From a bacterium (GTDB taxonomy: Bacteria > JAHJDO01): a stretch of 64,000 nucleotides of DNA. Position 1 is the stretch's first letter. Each line of letters opens with the position of its first letter. The stretch lies in contig JAUSPT010000032.1 in the NCBI GenBank assembly GCA_030652805.1, forward strand, positions 6,973 to 70,972, in the 5' to 3' direction. The notes under the pieces were generated by a model. The model was not told the DNA's origin and ran no database searches. It saw nothing but the letters and a program-made list of their open reading frames with translations. The translations under genes were made by a program, and so were the position numbers. Of the stretch, positions 61,432 through 64,000 are shown piece after piece.

Positions 61432-62225
61432 TTGTAGCTATGCTCTTTATCCGGGAACTTTCCTGCAGTTACATCTTTTTTATAGTCCTCAAGTGCTTTT
61501 GTGATCTGTTCTGCCAAATTAGCATACTGTTTAACAAATTTTGGAACATGTCCTGTTTTTAAGCCCAGCATATCGTGTGTTACCAATATCTGTCCGTCAC
61601 AGTATGGCCCTGCTCCAATCCCAATAGTTGGAATATGAAGTTTCTTTGTTATATCCCTTGCGAGTGCATACGGAACACATTCAAGAACAATGGCAAAAAC
61701 CCCTGTTTTTTCGAGCAGCAAAGCATCTTCAATGAGTCTTTTAGCTTTTTCGGGGGCTCTTCCCTGAACCCTGTATCCTCCAATCTGATGAATTGATTGA
61801 GGGGTCAGACCTATATGACCTAACACTGGAATCCCTGCTTGAACAATCCTATACACAGTATCTTTTATCTGCTTTCCTCCTTCCAGTTTAACTGCCTCAG
61901 CTCCTGCTTCTTTTATAAATCTACCTGCATTTTCCAAAGCCTTCTCCTGACTCACCTGATACGACATAAATGGCATATCTGCAACAAGTAACGAATCTGG
62001 ATTAGCTCTCGATACAGCTTTGGTATGATGTATCATTTCATCCATTGTTACTGGTATAGTATTTTTGTATCCGAGAATCATAGATGAAAGCGAATCACCA
62101 ACAAGAATCAAATCAATATCTACCTGGTTAATAATTGCGCTCATCCAATAATTGTAAGAAGTAAGCGCAACAATCTTTTTTACCCCTTTCATACTTCGAA
62201 TTACTACAGTTGTTTTCTTCATCAC
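61428..62225 (-). CDS. panB: 3-methyl-2-oxobutanoate hydroxymethyltransferase
   Basis: 265 aa KPHMT TIM-barrel protein. Overlaps the panC start. Confidence 0.9.
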   Translation of the reverse strand: MMKKTTVVIRSMKGVKKIVALTSYNYWMSAIINQVDIDLILVGDSLSSMILGYKNTIPVTMDEMIHHTKAVSRANPDSLLVADMPFMSYQVSQEKALENAGRFIKEAGAEAVKLEGGKQIKDTVYRIVQAGIPVLGHIGLTPQSIHQIGGYRVQGRAPEKAKRLIEDALLLEKTGVFAIVLECVPYALARDITKKLHIPTIGIGAGPYCDGQILVTHDMLGLKTGHVPKFVKQYANLAEQITKALEDYKKDVTAGKFPDKEHSYK

Positions 62226-62241
62226 ATTATCCTTATAAATG

Positions 62242-62898
62242 TTACATTTTTGTAAATATATCTGAGGAAACAGGTTTATAGTATTGAGTGCCTCCTCGCA
62301 TGTCTTTTATTGTTTTAATCAAATCATTAAGGTCTATCTTGCTATGAACAAAATCTATCTGGTCAGTATCCACAAAAAGCAACGGGCTGTCTTTATATAG
62401 AAAAAAGAAATGGTTATACGCCTTATTAAGCTCTTCTATATATGTCTCGGGAATTTCCATTTCATATTGCTTTCCTCTATTTTTTATGCGTTGAATCAAA
62501 ACCGAGGTGGATGCTTGAAGATATATTACTAAATCGGGCGCAGGAATCCTCTTAGCCAGCAGAGGTTCAAGATGATTATATAATCCCAATTCATCCTCAT
62601 TAAGATTAAGATACGCAAATATTCTATCCTTTGTGAATAAATAATCACACACAACAGTCCTTTTGAAAAGCTCTCTTTGCAATATTTTTTGCTGCTGGCT
62701 ATATCTTGAGAGAAGAAAGAAAATCTGAGTTTGAAAGGCATATTCTTCTGCATTCCCATAAAACTTCTCCAGAAATGGATTTTCTTCACTTTTCTCAAGA
62801 ACCAGTTTACCATTAATCTCTTTTGACAGCTCTCTAGCAAGAGAAGTCTTTCCTACACCAATAGTGCCTTCAATAACAATATACTTGCCTTCTAACAT
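62242..62898 (-). CDS. deoxynucleoside kinase (dAK/dGK family)
   Basis: P-loop IVIEGTIGVGKTS, followed by ERS/DR-like motifs. Confidence 0.75.
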   Translation of the reverse strand: MLEGKYIVIEGTIGVGKTSLARELSKEINGKLVLEKSEENPFLEKFYGNAEEYAFQTQIFFLLSRYSQQQKILQRELFKRTVVCDYLFTKDRIFAYLNLNEDELGLYNHLEPLLAKRIPAPDLVIYLQASTSVLIQRIKNRGKQYEMEIPETYIEELNKAYNHFFFLYKDSPLLFVDTDQIDFVHSKIDLNDLIKTIKDMRGGTQYYKPVSSDIFTKM

Positions 62899-63381
62899 TT
62901 ACCCTATTTTCCTAACAATCTGTTCTTCTGTTATCTCATCCAGCAACTGTTTCACAGACTTTCCAAGAACAGGATGTATAAAATCCCTAACAATCTCAGC
63001 TAAAGGAGCCAGCACAAATGCTCTTTTATGCGCTTGAGAATGAGGAATTTTCAAAACCTGTTCATTCAAAACAATATCCTTAAAAAAAATTATATCTATA
63101 TCTATTTCCCGAGGACCCCAAACAAAGGAATTTTCTCTTCCTATAGAAAGTTCAATATTTTTAATGATCTTCAATAAGTTTCCAGGCTCAATATCTGTCT
63201 CAACTTCAACTGCGCAATTCACAAACCACGGCTGTTTCTCTATGCCAACAGGACTTGTTTCATAAAACGAAGAACACTTCTTGACCTCAATCTGCTGGTT
63301 TTGAGACAACAGGCGAATAGCTTCCTGAATATTTGCCTTGCGATTTCCTATATTTGAACCAAGGCTTAAATATATACACAT
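62899..63381 (-). CDS. folK: 2-amino-4-hydroxy-6-hydroxymethyldihydropteridine pyrophosphokinase
   Basis: 160 aa HPPK fold protein (IYLSLGSNIG). Confidence 0.85.
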   Translation of the reverse strand: MCIYLSLGSNIGNRKANIQEAIRLLSQNQQIEVKKCSSFYETSPVGIEKQPWFVNCAVEVETDIEPGNLLKIIKNIELSIGRENSFVWGPREIDIDIIFFKDIVLNEQVLKIPHSQAHKRAFVLAPLAEIVRDFIHPVLGKSVKQLLDEITEEQIVRKIG

Positions 63382-63390
63382 TAAAGTTCA

Positions 63391-63450
63391 AAATCCGAAA
63401 TCCGAAATTCTAAATCCGAAACAAATCCTAAATTCAAATTTTCAAATTTC
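63391..63450. repeat. Short degenerate tandem repeat (AAATCCGAA-like units) upstream of folK
   Basis: aaatccgaaatccgaaattctaaatccgaaacaaatcctaaattcaaattttcaaatttc. An 8-9 nt periodic A/T-tract-like repeat between folK and dapB. Confidence 0.45.
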
Positions 63451-63474
63451 TTAAACCGTTTTGAATTTTGTGTT

Positions 63475-64000
63475 TTAGTCATTTGATATTGTTTTGTGCT
63501 TCGTATTTCGTGCTTCGAATTTGTTATTTAACACATCTTTCATATCATAAAGCCCTGCTCTTTGGGTGCTGATAAATTTTATTGCTTTAATAACTCCTTG
63601 CGCAAATGTATCTCTTGTGGTAGCGATATGCTTTAGTTCTATTCTTTCGCCAGTACCTCCAAATATAACTGTATGCTCTCCAACTATATCGCCTGCTCTA
63701 ACAGCATGTATCCCAATCTCATTTCCTTTTCTTTCTCCAACCAGCCCTTCCCTGCCATAGACAGCCATATCTTTAAGCTTTTTACCTTTTACGTTTGAAA
63801 TAATTTTAGCGAGAGTTTTTGCTGTACCACTTGGAGCATCCTTCTTAAACCTGTGATGAGCCTCTATAATCTCCACGTCATATTCATCTCCTAATATGCT
63901 TGACGCCTGCTCAACAAGTTTACACAAAAGATTAACACCAACACTCATATTTGAAGAAACAAGACAGGCAACTATGCTAGAGATATTTCTTATCTCAGAT
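63475..64000 (-). CDS. dapB: 4-hydroxy-tetrahydrodipicolinate reductase (C-terminal part; continues past the window end)
   Basis: DapB C-domain motifs EAHHRFKKDAPSGTA. The ORF is open to the window edge. Confidence 0.8.
   Translation of the reverse strand, partial: SEIRNISSIVACLVSSNMSVGVNLLCKLVEQASSILGDEYDVEIIEAHHRFKKDAPSGTAKTLAKIISNVKGKKLKDMAVYGREGLVGERKGNEIGIHAVRAGDIVGEHTVIFGGTGERIELKHIATTRDTFAQGVIKAIKFISTQRAGLYDMKDVLNNKFEARNTKHKTISND

Noticed and set aside
63391-63450. Possible CRISPR array
   Set aside because: The repeats are 8-9 nt, degenerate and contiguous, with no spacers. No cas genes are present, so this is not a CRISPR.

Overview
This 64 kb window reads as chromosomal DNA from a low-GC (about 33-36% by eye) bacterium. 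It is probably an anaerobe, because it carries a pyruvate/2-oxoacid:ferredoxin oxidoreductase operon. It is probably diderm, because it carries the LPS-core genes kdsA, kdsD and a heptose-7-P kinase. Most of the window is tightly packed housekeeping operons:
- lysC-thrC-hom
- aspC plus a lipoate cluster (lipA, lipB, lpdA)
- argS
- pta-rpmF-plsX-fabH-fabD-rplI-obg-proB-proA-nadD
- apt and ligA
- porDAB...G and nadK-kdsD-kdsA
- ilvE-panC-panB and folK-dapB

RNA genes I can support directly from the sequence:
- a type-A RNase P RNA (rnpB, minus strand, about 25048-25399)
- tRNA-Val(CAC) and tRNA-Arg(CCT), both minus strand, near 26.7-26.9 kb

Four patches look accessory or horizontally acquired:
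- 8.8-11.1 kb: a visibly GC-richer PHP hydrolase plus DegT aminotransferase pair wedged inside the lipoate cluster.
- 29.6-36.9 kb: a sugar (probably deoxyhexose-like) catabolic cluster. Its 3' third is GC-rich and ends in an SDR gene with a roughly 105-codon upstream extension that is open but has no start codon.
- 38.6-41.0 kb: a GC-rich patch with a yeast-type cytosine deaminase, a proline iminopeptidase and an orphan Cache-PAS sensor.
- 47.5-53.0 kb: a very AT-rich six-gene restriction/defense island inserted inside the por operon, between porB and porG. This is the most interesting one. It encodes two amino-methyltransferases, a PD-(D/E)xK nuclease candidate, a DUF262 (ParB/GmrS-like, DGxQR motif) protein, and a 426-aa unknown protein with an Rx4H (HEPN-like or His-Me-like) motif.

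Other notable points:
- A conserved roughly 28-nt motif occurs three times, upstream of porG (twice, as a long imperfect palindrome) and upstream of kdsA.
- There is a decayed MNT-HepT toxin-antitoxin pair.
- The rnhA ORF runs into the 5' end of rnpB.
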